Assembly: GCA_026415355.1 (NCBI GenBank)
Contig: JAOAHF010000011.1
Span: 3,519 to 67,518, forward strand
Length of the DNA: 64,000 nt
DNA from: Brevinematales bacterium
Lineage (GTDB): Bacteria; Spirochaetota; Brevinematia; DTOW01
Direction of reading: 5' to 3'
The translations under genes and the position numbers were made by a program. The notes under the pieces were generated by a model that saw nothing but the letters and a program-made list of their open reading frames with translations, did not search any database and was not told the DNA's origin. Positions 1 to 10,247 of this stretch are shown one piece after another; position 1 is the stretch's first letter, and each line of letters starts with the position of its first letter.

Positions 1-75
1 TACTTCTACACTATCTTCCTGAAGTATTCTTTCAATATCAATAAAATCGTTAAGCCAGCTGAAGGGGAATTTCAT
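1..75 (-). CDS. pheT: phenylalanine--tRNA ligase beta subunit, N-terminal fragment (runs off window start)
   Basis: Reverse-complement of 1-90 reads GGAGG, then 4 nt, then ATG AAA TTC CCC TTC AGC TGG CTT AAC GAT TTT ATT GAT ATT GAA (MKFPFSWLNDFIDIE...). This is the classic PheT N-terminus (MKFSxxWLxEFVD). The start codon is complement of 73-75. Confidence 0.55.
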   Translation of the reverse strand, partial: MKFPFSWLNDFIDIERILQEDSVEV

Positions 76-84
76 ACATCCTCC

Positions 85-1755
85 TCAATTTACATTTCTA
101 CTCCTTATAAACCAGACTAATATTCCTGGAACAACAACAAGGAGAGGTACAACTATAAGACTCAAAACTAATACCAAATTAGCATCAGCTGATGAAGGTA
201 TAACAACAGGTTCTTGTTTAATAGATTTGGGTTTAATACCAAGCATCCCACCTTCTCTAGAGGACCATTCGATAATATTTAGAGCAAGTTCTAGGTTTCC
301 TGACATACTTTCTATGAAATAGTCTGATAGAAAATCAATGTCACCTATTATAACCATTTTAGAAGTTTTTGATTTATCGTTTTCAACAACCTTCTCGATA
401 GCATAACCTAGTATAATAGGAGGCTTTATGTCTTTCTCATCAGAAGAAGCAGTAAAGTTTTTACCACTTTCAGGTATAGATACCTCACCCCAACTATCCT
501 CAGAAGAAGACATGATATCGTAATACCTATATCCTAGTTGACCTTCTATATTTTCTAATCTTCCTATTGCCATAGCTGTAACTAGCTGAATTGGTAATCC
601 CTTGCGCCTTATATCTGATGTTATTGGGCTATAGTGTATGTAAGGAATTATGTAAAATAATCTTCCAACGTAGGGATTAAATCTTTCTTGATCGAAGACT
701 ACATTGTTTTTCACATAAAAACCTAATTTTGTTAGTAAGTAGTTTATTGAAAAAGTTTTATCGTACACCTCGCTACCTATAATTGGTTCAAGTAGTATAA
801 CAATACTACCTCCATTAGTGAAGTATGCATACAATTTATCTTGTACCTCGATAGGTATTATTCTTCTTGGACCTAGTATAACGATACTACCTGCATCACT
901 TGGAATATCTTTGGTTGTAGAAAGATTTAGTTCCTTTAATGTAAAGTTTGCTTTTTCTAAGTATGAACGCCACGTCTTGAAGGTATATTCAGAATCTCCA
1001 CCAGGTGCATCATTCAAGATTCTATGTTCTCCATTACCAACCAAAAAGTATATTGTTCTCGAGGATCCAATTACATCAAGTATTGCTGAAGTAACTTCTT
1101 CTTCAACTTTTATACCTACTGCCCTGGGACCATAACTAGTTTGTTGGTATTCAATTAGAGACGTTCCCCTTATATACTTTTTGTTAGCACCAGACTCAAC
1201 CACTATTATTATACTCTCACCTTGAGGTAATTCATATCTTTTCGCAGTTATTGGATCTTTGATAGGATCAACCGAAATGAAACTTATCTTTTCAGAGTTT
1301 TTAGAATATTCTTCCAGAATTTTCTCAAGTTCCGTTGCTTCTCCTCGTCTCGCGAAAAGCGTTATCTTGACATTGGAATTGAGAGATTTTATAACTTCCA
1401 TCGAATATGGTGATAATGAATACAACTGCTCAGAAGTAAGATCAAATTTCAAAGACCTGTTAGACGATATGATATACAAAACAATGAGTATACCTAACAC
1501 CAACCCAATGATTGCTATATCTTCAATACCTCTAAATATCTTGCCACTTTTGATATCTTCAAATATCCTAGTACCAGCCCAAACTATCCAAACCAGATTG
1601 ATCAAAAGTATGACCAGAAGTAGTATAACTCCCAAAGAGAAACCAAAAAAACTTAAAAGGCTAATGAAAACTATAAAAAGCACCAAGAAAACTACAACAC
1701 CTAATCTGTAGTTTTCTCTAAGAAAATCAATAATTCTCTTAATCATAATACTCAT
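85..1755 (-). CDS. GldG-like ABC-transporter auxiliary membrane protein
   Basis: 556 aa with N-terminal TM helices, a long extracytoplasmic domain and a C-terminal TM (LVLVLSLIVVPLLVVVPGILVWFIRSR). The motif DLTSEQLYSLSPYSMEVIKSLNSNVKITLFAR resembles the GldG/ABC_transp_aux family signature. Its TGA stop overlaps the pheT RBS. Confidence 0.5.
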   Translation of the reverse strand: MSIMIKRIIDFLRENYRLGVVVFLVLFIVFISLLSFFGFSLGVILLLVILLINLVWIVWAGTRIFEDIKSGKIFRGIEDIAIIGLVLGILIVLYIISSNRSLKFDLTSEQLYSLSPYSMEVIKSLNSNVKITLFARRGEATELEKILEEYSKNSEKISFISVDPIKDPITAKRYELPQGESIIIVVESGANKKYIRGTSLIEYQQTSYGPRAVGIKVEEEVTSAILDVIGSSRTIYFLVGNGEHRILNDAPGGDSEYTFKTWRSYLEKANFTLKELNLSTTKDIPSDAGSIVILGPRRIIPIEVQDKLYAYFTNGGSIVILLEPIIGSEVYDKTFSINYLLTKLGFYVKNNVVFDQERFNPYVGRLFYIIPYIHYSPITSDIRRKGLPIQLVTAMAIGRLENIEGQLGYRYYDIMSSSEDSWGEVSIPESGKNFTASSDEKDIKPPIILGYAIEKVVENDKSKTSKMVIIGDIDFLSDYFIESMSGNLELALNIIEWSSREGGMLGIKPKSIKQEPVVIPSSADANLVLVLSLIVVPLLVVVPGILVWFIRSRNVN

Positions 1756-1857
1756 CTAAAATTATAACATAATCATTACATCTATTCCAAACTAAGACAA
1801 ATGATATAAATATAAAATATCAAATAAAGATAAAACCAAAAGTGATAATGTTCAAGC

Positions 1858-3537
1858 TTACCTAGCAATATTAAAATTAAGTCCTTTTTTTATCTTATCT
1901 TTACTCACATACTCTCCCAAATAAAATATCTCGTCTTTTTCATGGTTTAAGATATTTTCACCCTTGGATCTAATTCTAGCTCTTATTCCAGATAAGTGTA
2001 TTGTTGTTAAAGAAATATCAATCTGAGACATAGGAGTCAGAATTGCTAGTTTTTTATCACCTATTATAAACAAAGGTACAATTTCTATAACTTTACCATT
2101 AACATAGGAAACTGATCTCTTGTAGTACTGACTATCTCGAACTGAAGAATGGTGATCTCCAAATATTACAATAAGAGTATTAGGAATAGTTTTTATAACA
2201 AAAGTTACGAAGTTAGATAAAACTTTATCAACGTAGTTAATAGAATTAAAGTATGCTCTTGTTATCGATTCGTTAATGTCGTTGAATATCTGATTTGTAT
2301 AGTATTTGTCAACTAAGTTAAAAGGCCCATGACTTGACATCGTAATAACATAAACAAAGAAGTTAGTGTTTTTTAGTTTTAGCAGAGTATTTTTTAAGTA
2401 CTCAAAAACATCTTCATCACTAGCACCCCATCCTTTTTCTAAGAGTTTCATCTCACTAATATCAAAAAATTTGTCGAAACCCATCATTTTATAAGCATCT
2501 TCTCTGCCGAAAAACGTACTTCTGTTATTGTGAAAAGCATAAGTTATATACCCATTTGCCTTGAATGCTTTCGCTATTGAATTATCGAATATTTTCCAAT
2601 ATCTCATTGATGGAATGTCTTTAAGAGGATGTAATGAATTTATGACTGCAAACTCAGCGTCTGAGGTATATCCAGCAAAGTGATAGGACACTACGATTGG
2701 AGCAAAAATTGAGTTTGTACTCAGCCATCTTAAATATGGAGTAACTGGTTTTCCCTTGTAATTTGTGAATATAACGGAGCTATCTAAACTCTCAATCTGA
2801 ATGATTATTACATTCTTTTTAGTCCTATCCCCAGCAAATTCAAAAATCTTTCCATACTTAATTGTTTTATTCGCTATTCCTGGATTTACAATGTAAAAAA
2901 CGTCTAGAAAATTTACAAAAATTGTACCGTATCTGGATATCAACTTTTGTTCTTCTCTCAAGGAAAGGCCTTCAGATACAAGCTTCGAGATTATGTTGAT
3001 AATACCTTCTTTTCTTATTACAAATATCACCTCCGAAATAAAGAGTAACAATATAAGACTTATGAAAACTTTTTTCATAAAAGGTTTGAGCAAAAGTTCT
3101 CTAATTGATGGATAGTTTAACAATAACAGTAAAAAAAACGGTAAATCTATTAAAACAATAAGAATTCTTGAAATCCAACCAACAGAGTTAAGCGCAGATA
3201 AGAATGATATACCTTCATTAACGTTTGTAAAATTAGTATCGAGATGAAATAGAAAGTTTAGTATGTGAAAATAATTGTCAAAATATAAAAAGTATATTAC
3301 ATTGAGAAGAAGCCAAAAGTTCTCTATCAAGAAAACCAAAATGAATATAATCCTTCTCCTTAGAAAAAGAAAATAAAGGACATAACCTGTGATAATCAAA
3401 GATATAGGTTTCAAGAAGTGTATAGAAATAGAAATATTTGATAGAAAAACTACAAATTTTACACTTCTTGCTATCAAGAAAGCCAAAAGCAAGAATATTG
3501 GTATAAATTTCTTGTTAGGCTTTAAGTCTAATTTCAT
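1858..3537 (-). CDS. sulfatase-family integral membrane phosphotransferase (LtaS/EptA/MdoB-like)
   Basis: 559 aa. N-terminal poly-TM region followed by an alkaline-phosphatase/sulfatase-like domain (GYTSDAEFAVINSLHP, MSSHGPF). The size fits phosphoethanolamine/phosphoglycerol transferases. Confidence 0.6.
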   Translation of the reverse strand: MKLDLKPNKKFIPIFLLLAFLIARSVKFVVFLSNISISIHFLKPISLIITGYVLYFLFLRRRIIFILVFLIENFWLLLNVIYFLYFDNYFHILNFLFHLDTNFTNVNEGISFLSALNSVGWISRILIVLIDLPFFLLLLLNYPSIRELLLKPFMKKVFISLILLLFISEVIFVIRKEGIINIISKLVSEGLSLREEQKLISRYGTIFVNFLDVFYIVNPGIANKTIKYGKIFEFAGDRTKKNVIIIQIESLDSSVIFTNYKGKPVTPYLRWLSTNSIFAPIVVSYHFAGYTSDAEFAVINSLHPLKDIPSMRYWKIFDNSIAKAFKANGYITYAFHNNRSTFFGREDAYKMMGFDKFFDISEMKLLEKGWGASDEDVFEYLKNTLLKLKNTNFFVYVITMSSHGPFNLVDKYYTNQIFNDINESITRAYFNSINYVDKVLSNFVTFVIKTIPNTLIVIFGDHHSSVRDSQYYKRSVSYVNGKVIEIVPLFIIGDKKLAILTPMSQIDISLTTIHLSGIRARIRSKGENILNHEKDEIFYLGEYVSKDKIKKGLNFNIAR

Positions 3538-3542
3538 TCAGA

Positions 3543-4583
3543 GTTTGATTATGAAGGTTTTTTTATTCAGTTTCTAGAATAAAACTTCTGAGATTTTTTC
3601 AAGAGTTTAGTATTTTTTGTAGAAGATCATTCTGAACACCTCATTTCCATAACTCATCCAAGCAATCTTCAAATCTTCATCTCCGAGTATACCTAACCTA
3701 TCTAGAAGGTAGAAGAACATAAAAGATCCCGAACATTTCACACTTCAACTGTTCTCTCAAACTACCTCCTACTATCAGCCCCATATTCAATTCTACAACC
3801 AAAAATAAAATTAACTTCACTACATTCCCAAAAATCTCTGACCATCACACTTTTTATCACCAAACCTTTCTTCATACTCCTGGAACTCTGCTCTACCTTC
3901 ATCTACCCTTGTAAATCTCAACCATACTTTTACAAGGCTATAAATTAGTAACCAGAACTATTAGTTGTAGACGAGCTTTATCACTAGACTAACCCTATAA
4001 ATACCTTTCCATATCCTCACTCCTCTATACTCAAAATCTAATATCTCCTTGTGTAAATCTCCCCCTGTCTCATCTTCTACACTAACATTCCCCACCTTAA
4101 CCCTCATCAGGCACCTTATCCAATTCACAGAATATCTCAACAAAACTTAATTCTCTCTCATCAACAGAAAGTTTGTCCCCTATAACTTCTCTCACCTTAC
4201 CAAAAATCTCAGAATACCATGCTCACATATTCTCATAACTTCGCAAGAGTACCTTCGCCAATGTAAAAAATTCGATATACAAGTATACTCATACTACTCT
4301 CTAACAATCTTCATATCAATTTCGGCTAAATCCCCCATCACATACCCATTATCACTATCAAAACACCTCACCATAACCTTCTCTACAATCTCAACATCCA
4401 ACTCTTCTAACACTCTCTTTACAAACTCATCTTCTCTTCCTTCATGCTGCTGAAAAGATTTTCTAGATATCCCAAACTACCAAAAAATGATTAGAAAAGT
4501 ATCTATTCTTAGCAAACTCTACCAAAGACTTCCGTAAACTGAAGTTTGTTATCGATATTACTATATGTTTAGAATTTTACTGT
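3543..4583 (-). pseudogene. decayed protein-coding remnant of unknown family, fragmented by stops and frameshifts
   Basis: No ORF longer than 60 aa, yet the minus strand translates to long protein-like runs in alternating frames. Examples are FGISRKSFQQHEGREDEFVKRVLEELDVEIVEKVMVRCFDSDNGYVMGDLAEIDMKIVRE*, YENM*AWYSEIFGKVREVIGDKLSVDERELSFVEIFCELDKVPDEG*, the 60-aa ORF at 3961-4143, and RVDEGRAEFQEYEERFGDKKCDGQRF. The top strand is extremely G-poor and C-rich, the same purine loading seen in real minus-strand genes here. Confidence 0.45.
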
Positions 4584-5780
4584 ATGCTAGAAAAAATAAA
4601 AATAGTATCTCTAACAGTTTTTGTATTGATTTGCGTTAGTATAACAAACTCAAATGCAGAAATTATTTTTAACTTCACAAATGGCATAATAGACATATTT
4701 TCTTTCACTGAAACCTTAAACGGTAAACTTAAGTATGATCCATACAAAGCAAAGATAACGATATCTTTCAGTACAAATACTCTTGAGTTCTTTGAAGACA
4801 GAGAGTTTTATATACTAAATTCAAACACAATCCTACCAATCATAGGAGGACTTGTAAGGACTAATTTTAACTACTATTTACCAATAGGTGTAGTTGATAG
4901 CATAATATCTCTACTTAAGATAGAATGTAAATTCGTTAACATTGATATTTCACTAAAAAACCCAAACAACTCAAATAATTTTGGCTCATCTGAAGAAAAA
5001 CCAAAAGATGCTGAAACTCAACTTAAACTAAATCCGAAAGTAACCTATGAAAATGCACAATCAGACTTTACACCTATAAGATTTGTAGTCATAGACGCAG
5101 GACATGGCGGAAAAGATCCAGGAGCAGTACACAATGGATTTAGAGAAAAAGATATCAACCTAATATATGCAAGAGAAATAGCATCAAAACTCGCTAGAAT
5201 ATTATCATCTAAAGGAATTAACGTTGTACTAACAAGAAATGAAGACGCATATTTAACACTAGAACAAAGAGCAAAAATTACAAGTGACCTTATGAAACAA
5301 ACTCAAGGCTATGGAATATTTATAAGCATACACCAAAATGCTTCACCTATAAAGACAAAAAAGGGGCCTGAAATATATTATGTAAGCGATAAGGCAGTTG
5401 ATGATGATACTAGAGCAGTATTGGCCTTCGAGAACTCTTTCATACCAAAAGATGAAATCAAAAAAGTAGGAGAACTTGAAAAGATAATAAGCAAAATAAG
5501 AAGTGTAGCTCTCATGGAAGAAAGCAGAATATTGAGTGAAACTATCTCATCATCAATGATAAATCTCAAACCTATCGTAAAAGGTGCACCATTTTATGTA
5601 ATAAAATATATACCAGTGCCATCGATATTAGTTGAAGTAGGCTATATATCTAATCCTGAAGAAGTAAAAACTATAACTTCAAAAGATTATATATCTTCAT
5701 TTACTGATATGATTTCAAACGGTATTAATAAATTTATACAAGAATATAATTCCACAAAGGGCTTTACAACACCAAGATAA
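4584..5780 (+). CDS. N-acetylmuramoyl-L-alanine amidase (Amidase_3, AmiC-like) with N-terminal extension and signal peptide
   Basis: Signal peptide MLEKIKIVSLTVFVLICVSITNSNA. The catalytic domain shows VVIDAGHGGKDPGAV...ISIHQNAS, typical of Amidase_3. Confidence 0.75.
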   Translation: MLEKIKIVSLTVFVLICVSITNSNAEIIFNFTNGIIDIFSFTETLNGKLKYDPYKAKITISFSTNTLEFFEDREFYILNSNTILPIIGGLVRTNFNYYLPIGVVDSIISLLKIECKFVNIDISLKNPNNSNNFGSSEEKPKDAETQLKLNPKVTYENAQSDFTPIRFVVIDAGHGGKDPGAVHNGFREKDINLIYAREIASKLARILSSKGINVVLTRNEDAYLTLEQRAKITSDLMKQTQGYGIFISIHQNASPIKTKKGPEIYYVSDKAVDDDTRAVLAFENSFIPKDEIKKVGELEKIISKIRSVALMEESRILSETISSSMINLKPIVKGAPFYVIKYIPVPSILVEVGYISNPEEVKTITSKDYISSFTDMISNGINKFIQEYNSTKGFTTPR

Positions 5781-5844
5781 TATTAAAATTACTGAAAACA
5801 AAATTAATTAAAACTTACAAACTCAGACCATAATTCTCTATTCA

Positions 5845-5867
5845 CAAGCTTACATTATCAAAGCTTG
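5845..5867 (+). terminator. possible terminator after the amidase gene
   Basis: CAAGCTT-acattatca-AAGCTTG hairpin, then a T-rich stretch. Confidence 0.35.
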
Positions 5868-5936
5868 ATTTATAACTCTTCTAAAATTCAGTATAAAATT
5901 GAAATAATAAAGCAATACAATACATAGAAATATAGA

Positions 5937-7310
5937 TTGAAGATGGAGAACATGATTGATAAAAGACTCAAAAAACTAAACAGCTACCCTATATCTCCTG
6001 AAGGGAAATATGTATTATATTGCATGGAAGCAAGTCAAAGGATAAGTTATAACTACGCATTACTTTTTACAATAGAAAAGTCAAATGAGCTTAGAAAACC
6101 ACTCGTTGTTATTTTCAACATAACAGACCAATATAAGCACTCTAACGCAAGATACTACAAGTTTATGTTAGAAGGCATAATAGAACTAAAAAGGGACTTT
6201 GAAACACTTGGTATTAAGTTTCAAGTAAGGAAAGGCGATTATGTATCAGGTTGTATTGAATTTGGCAAAGATTCATGCCTAGTAGTACTTGACAGAAACT
6301 ACCTAGCAACACAGAGAAAATGGAGATACGAAGTAGCAAATAAGTTAGATACACTAGTTGTCGAAGTTGACAACGATGTAGTAGTCCCTGTCGAATTAGT
6401 TTCTAACAAAGAGGAACCTTACGCTTACCTAATAAGAAACAAGATCTACCCTATCATGGAAAACTTTATACACGAATTCAAATTACCAGATCAAAAAGTA
6501 AAATCAAGTCAATTTGACTTAGGAGAAGAATTTTTCTTTAGTGATGTTAATATCTTTTTGAACAATCTAAATATTGATAAAACAGTTAGTACAGTTAACA
6601 CATTCAGAGGTGGATACAACGAAGCAGTCAAATTGTTGGATGAATTTATATTTAATAAACTATCAATGTACAAAGAATATAGAAGTGATCCTACAAAGAA
6701 CTATCAATCTAACTTAAGTCCTTACCTTCACTTTGGTAACATATCGCCAGTAGAGATAATACATAAAATTCTCAAAAACTACCCCTTCGAGGACGAAAAC
6801 GTACAATCATTCATCAATGAACTTGTGGTATGGAGAGAACTTGCCAGAAATTTTGTTTACTACAATATTAATTACAACAAATACGAAGGTATACCTGAAT
6901 GGGCTAAGAAAACTCTAGAAGAACACAAAGGAGACAAAAGAGAATTTCTATATACACTACAGGACTTTGAAAACGCAAAAACACACGACATATATTGGAA
7001 TTCCGCTCAAAAAGAACTCCTAAAAACAGGTAAAATGCACAACTATATGAGAATGTACTGGGCTAAAAAGATCTTGGAATGGACAAAAGATCCAAAAGAA
7101 GCATTCGATATATCATGCTACCTAAACGATAAATATGAACTGGATGGTAGAGATCCAAATGGATATACTGGTATATCATGGTGTTTTGGTAGTTTTGATA
7201 GACCCTTTGGAGAAAGAAAGGTAATAGGTAAAATAAGGTATATGAGCACAAAAGGATTAGAAAATAAGTTTGACATAAAAAAGTATGTAGAAAAATATAA
7301 AAATCTATGA
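5937..7310 (+). CDS. phr: class II CPD (deoxyribodipyrimidine) photolyase
   Basis: The C-terminal half is near-identical in motifs to archaeal and eukaryotic class II photolyases (NLSPYLHFGNIS, WRELARNF, TGKMHNYMRMYWAKKILEWT, YELDGRDPNGYTGISWCFG, GKIRYMS). Confidence 0.85.
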   Translation: MKMENMIDKRLKKLNSYPISPEGKYVLYCMEASQRISYNYALLFTIEKSNELRKPLVVIFNITDQYKHSNARYYKFMLEGIIELKRDFETLGIKFQVRKGDYVSGCIEFGKDSCLVVLDRNYLATQRKWRYEVANKLDTLVVEVDNDVVVPVELVSNKEEPYAYLIRNKIYPIMENFIHEFKLPDQKVKSSQFDLGEEFFFSDVNIFLNNLNIDKTVSTVNTFRGGYNEAVKLLDEFIFNKLSMYKEYRSDPTKNYQSNLSPYLHFGNISPVEIIHKILKNYPFEDENVQSFINELVVWRELARNFVYYNINYNKYEGIPEWAKKTLEEHKGDKREFLYTLQDFENAKTHDIYWNSAQKELLKTGKMHNYMRMYWAKKILEWTKDPKEAFDISCYLNDKYELDGRDPNGYTGISWCFGSFDRPFGERKVIGKIRYMSTKGLENKFDIKKYVEKYKNL

Positions 7311-8720
7311 TATACCAACATCAATCATAACGTACTTTATTTTTGAGAAAATTTCTTTTTTAACATTAATACCTTGTTCATTTTCAGTCCACCTTCTACC
7401 TGCAACAAACAAATACTTTATATCACCAAAACTATCAATAACAGGAAATACAATTATCTCAAAAAGTTCATCTTTTAGCCTACTACCAAGTTCATACAAC
7501 TCTTTTATATCTCCTTTTATCGAAACAGCTTTACCCTTAGACAAAAATTTTTCCCATATTTTGTCTGAAAAGTATATAACAAAATCTTCTGTTTCAAACC
7601 CTTCCGAAGCAACCTGAACAAAACCATCTTCAGTTTTACGCATAAACATAACCTTGGTTATTTTCAAACTATCCTTTATGTATGTAAATATTTCACTTAC
7701 AGTAGCAATTGCTTTTTCCGTTATATAGCCATGAAAAGGAACTATGTCAGATTCTATAGGCTCATACTTATATCTACTATCCTCAAGTGCAAAATCCTGT
7801 TTATCACTAATAGCATACTCACTACTCGAATAATTACTTAAATTACTCATGCTTTCAAAACTTTTATCTACCTCAGACAAAACAGATTCTCTAACATCTT
7901 CATATATTTTTATGTTTCTATCACTAACTAAACTAATCAAAACCCAAACCGTTACAAATAAAGCAAATATTATTGATAAGACTATAATTGCAACGTTAAG
8001 TATGTCAAATCCCATGCTGTATCTGAAAAAGAGTAACTTGAGATTATAATTCTTTAAATTTTCAGATATTATGGAATTCTTGACAAGTAAGGATGAATTT
8101 TCTTTTACTGACTCCTCTGAGAGTTTTTCAGGAGCATTAACAACAATAAGATCCTGAATAAACTTGAGATTTTTGATTTCAAAATAAGGTTGCTCAAAAA
8201 AATCCTTATACCAACCTATTGCCAAATATCCTATCGATACCCCTCTTTGATCATAGATCTTAGTTATTGAATATACTACATCAAAACTCCCAAAAAATAC
8301 AAAATCATTCTTCAAAAGGTACTTCTGCGCAAGTCTAAATTCATTAAAGTCTTTATCAAAATAGTCAGAAGAAACTAAAAAATTCCCATTGTTATCAATT
8401 AGAACTACTTTGTAGGCATTTTTTATACTGCTTCTCAACCTTGAAAGATAATTAATAAAATCTCTTCTATTTCCTTCTATCTGCATCTGGAAGAATATAA
8501 GTCTTACACTAGGATCTCTTGCTACTGACTCAGTTATTGATTTACAACTTGAGAGCCTATTACTAAAATTTCTAACTATATCTGAAGAAACAGACTTCAA
8601 CTTTGATTCAACCCTATACTTAAATATACCTGTATTTGTCAGAGCCATATAAACAATAATCCCAACTATAATATATGAAACAATAAGAAAAACTATCTTG
8701 TATGCATTTTCTTTTACCAT
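7305..8720 (-). CDS. hypothetical two-TM sensor-like membrane protein (extracytoplasmic domain, then TM, then cytoplasmic GAF-like domain), no output domain
   Basis: 471 aa. TM1 is at residues about 10-30 and TM2 at about 235-262 (ILNVAIIVLSIIFALFVTVWVLISLV). The segment between them is periplasmic. No kinase, GGDEF or HTH motif was recognised. It overlaps the phr 3' end convergently by 6 nt. Confidence 0.4.
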   Translation of the reverse strand: MVKENAYKIVFLIVSYIIVGIIVYMALTNTGIFKYRVESKLKSVSSDIVRNFSNRLSSCKSITESVARDPSVRLIFFQMQIEGNRRDFINYLSRLRSSIKNAYKVVLIDNNGNFLVSSDYFDKDFNEFRLAQKYLLKNDFVFFGSFDVVYSITKIYDQRGVSIGYLAIGWYKDFFEQPYFEIKNLKFIQDLIVVNAPEKLSEESVKENSSLLVKNSIISENLKNYNLKLLFFRYSMGFDILNVAIIVLSIIFALFVTVWVLISLVSDRNIKIYEDVRESVLSEVDKSFESMSNLSNYSSSEYAISDKQDFALEDSRYKYEPIESDIVPFHGYITEKAIATVSEIFTYIKDSLKITKVMFMRKTEDGFVQVASEGFETEDFVIYFSDKIWEKFLSKGKAVSIKGDIKELYELGSRLKDELFEIIVFPVIDSFGDIKYLFVAGRRWTENEQGINVKKEIFSKIKYVMIDVGIS

Positions 8721-8869
8721 GATTCTTCAAACTAATTATACAATTCCGCAAGATAGTCTTTCTACAATCAAAAGCATATTCAATACAACTAAACAACAAA
8801 AATTTAATATTTAACTTACTCAAACCTACTAAAAATAAAACATAATTAGTAGAAAAATTTTGAATTTAT

Positions 8870-9178
8870 TTACCTAACAAAAACCTCTATTCGTAGAGAG
8901 TTAGGATAACTCTTATCAACCTTCCTTAAGTACTCAAGGAAGGAATTTACTATAACTTCATCTCCTTTTTTGGAATCAAACTCAATCCTACCCCTTCCCG
9001 AAGAAAGAGAAAAAGTACCTTCCCTCTTCAGGTTATTAAACAAGTGAACTATCAAAAATTGAAAAACTCCTGATATACCAGCACAAACAATATCTTCTCC
9101 TTTTTTACCATACCCTGAATGACCTTCCATTTCTATCAAAATTCTACTATCAGATATAACTACTACCACATTTATCAT
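8870..9178 (-). CDS. prp: ribosomal-processing cysteine protease Prp (YsxB/DUF464)
   Basis: 102 aa with EGHSGYGKKGEDIVCAGISGV, matching the Prp signature GHSGYAEHGQDIVCAAVS. It is not flanked by rplU or rpmA. Confidence 0.7.
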   Translation of the reverse strand: MINVVVVISDSRILIEMEGHSGYGKKGEDIVCAGISGVFQFLIVHLFNNLKREGTFSLSSGRGRIEFDSKKGDEVIVNSFLEYLRKVDKSYPNSLRIEVFVR

Positions 9179-9307
9179 AAAAACTATTATAAATCAGGAA
9201 CAAAATCTCTTAAAAAATCTAAAAACCCTTCCCTCAAAACTAAAGTACTTATAAAAATCAACCTTGAAACTTCCTATCAAAACAACATAGGTTTAAGATC
9301 CTACTCC

Positions 9308-10120
9308 TCATTTAAATCTTTCATATATTTTCAATATTAAATTAGTAATTCTCAAAGATGGACTTAAATCCATAGGATCAAGAGTTATTATCTTAGATTT
9401 TAATCCCAAACTAACAATTTCATTGCTAATTGACTCATTATTCTCACCAACAGCAATCAAAATCACATCCGGAGATAACTTAAGCACAGTTTCAACATTT
9501 ATTGTTAACGTCTGATATTGATAAGAAAACTTATCTGTCAAGTTTATACCACCAATCTTCCTTATAACATCAGCAACTAAACTATTCGAACTAGCAGTAT
9601 ATATAAGAGGATAAGAATACAAAACCAAAAAACTCTTTCCCTTGACAACATTACTAACCTTAAACATAAGATTAGTAACATAATTTCTAACCTCATATAT
9701 ACTTCTCACCTTTCTACTTCCAACTAAATTAGCAAGCTTATCCATATTCTCAAGCAAACTATCAAACCTAGGGTAATCCATAACAAATACTCTAATCCCT
9801 CTTTTCAGCAAATTTTGATAATTTTCAATAGTTCCCATTTTAAGCATAAAAACTATATCAGGCTTAAGCTTTATTATACCTTCAAAATCAGGATCATATA
9901 TCCCACCAACCTTCATCCTATTTAAATTACAATACCTTGTTACACCCACTATCTTATCTTCAACTCCTAAAAACACTAAAGTTTCAGTAATACTAGGAGC
10001 AAGAGAAATTATCCTAGCGTAATTCCTCCTCTCAAAAACATTCCCCATATCATCCACTACGTTACCATAACAAACTAAGTTAAAAAAAACCAAAACCACT
10101 ACAAACACAAACATAACCAC
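9308..10120 (-). CDS. periplasmic substrate-binding protein, BtuF/FhuD-like (cobalamin or iron-siderophore ABC type)
   Basis: Signal peptide, then IISLAPSITETLVFLG...IVGVT and PDVILIA motifs of the class III PBP family. No permease or ATPase gene is adjacent. Confidence 0.65.
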   Translation of the reverse strand: MVMFVFVVVLVFFNLVCYGNVVDDMGNVFERRNYARIISLAPSITETLVFLGVEDKIVGVTRYCNLNRMKVGGIYDPDFEGIIKLKPDIVFMLKMGTIENYQNLLKRGIRVFVMDYPRFDSLLENMDKLANLVGSRKVRSIYEVRNYVTNLMFKVSNVVKGKSFLVLYSYPLIYTASSNSLVADVIRKIGGINLTDKFSYQYQTLTINVETVLKLSPDVILIAVGENNESISNEIVSLGLKSKIITLDPMDLSPSLRITNLILKIYERFK

Positions 10121-10247
10121 AATTATAAATAATTAAACCAAACTAATTGAACTAAAAAACTAACCTATCTGAAATGACAACTTGACTTTGATGAATAATT
10201 TTATTATACTATATACGAGTATAAGGTATATTAGATGGAGGGTAACT

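Noticed and set aside
818-1711. + strand ORFs of 105 and 150 aa inside the GldG-like gene
   Set aside because: They are antisense to a well-supported longer gene, their composition is low-complexity S/I/L-rich, and they have no RBS.
3961-4143. 60-aa minus-strand ORF called in the six-frame track
   Set aside because: It is one intact fragment of the larger decayed gene spanning 3543-4583, not an independent gene.
9308-10181. Possible cobalamin riboswitch upstream of the BtuF-like gene
   Set aside because: The leader is only about 60 nt and is shared with the divergent grx-like gene, which is too short for a B12 element.
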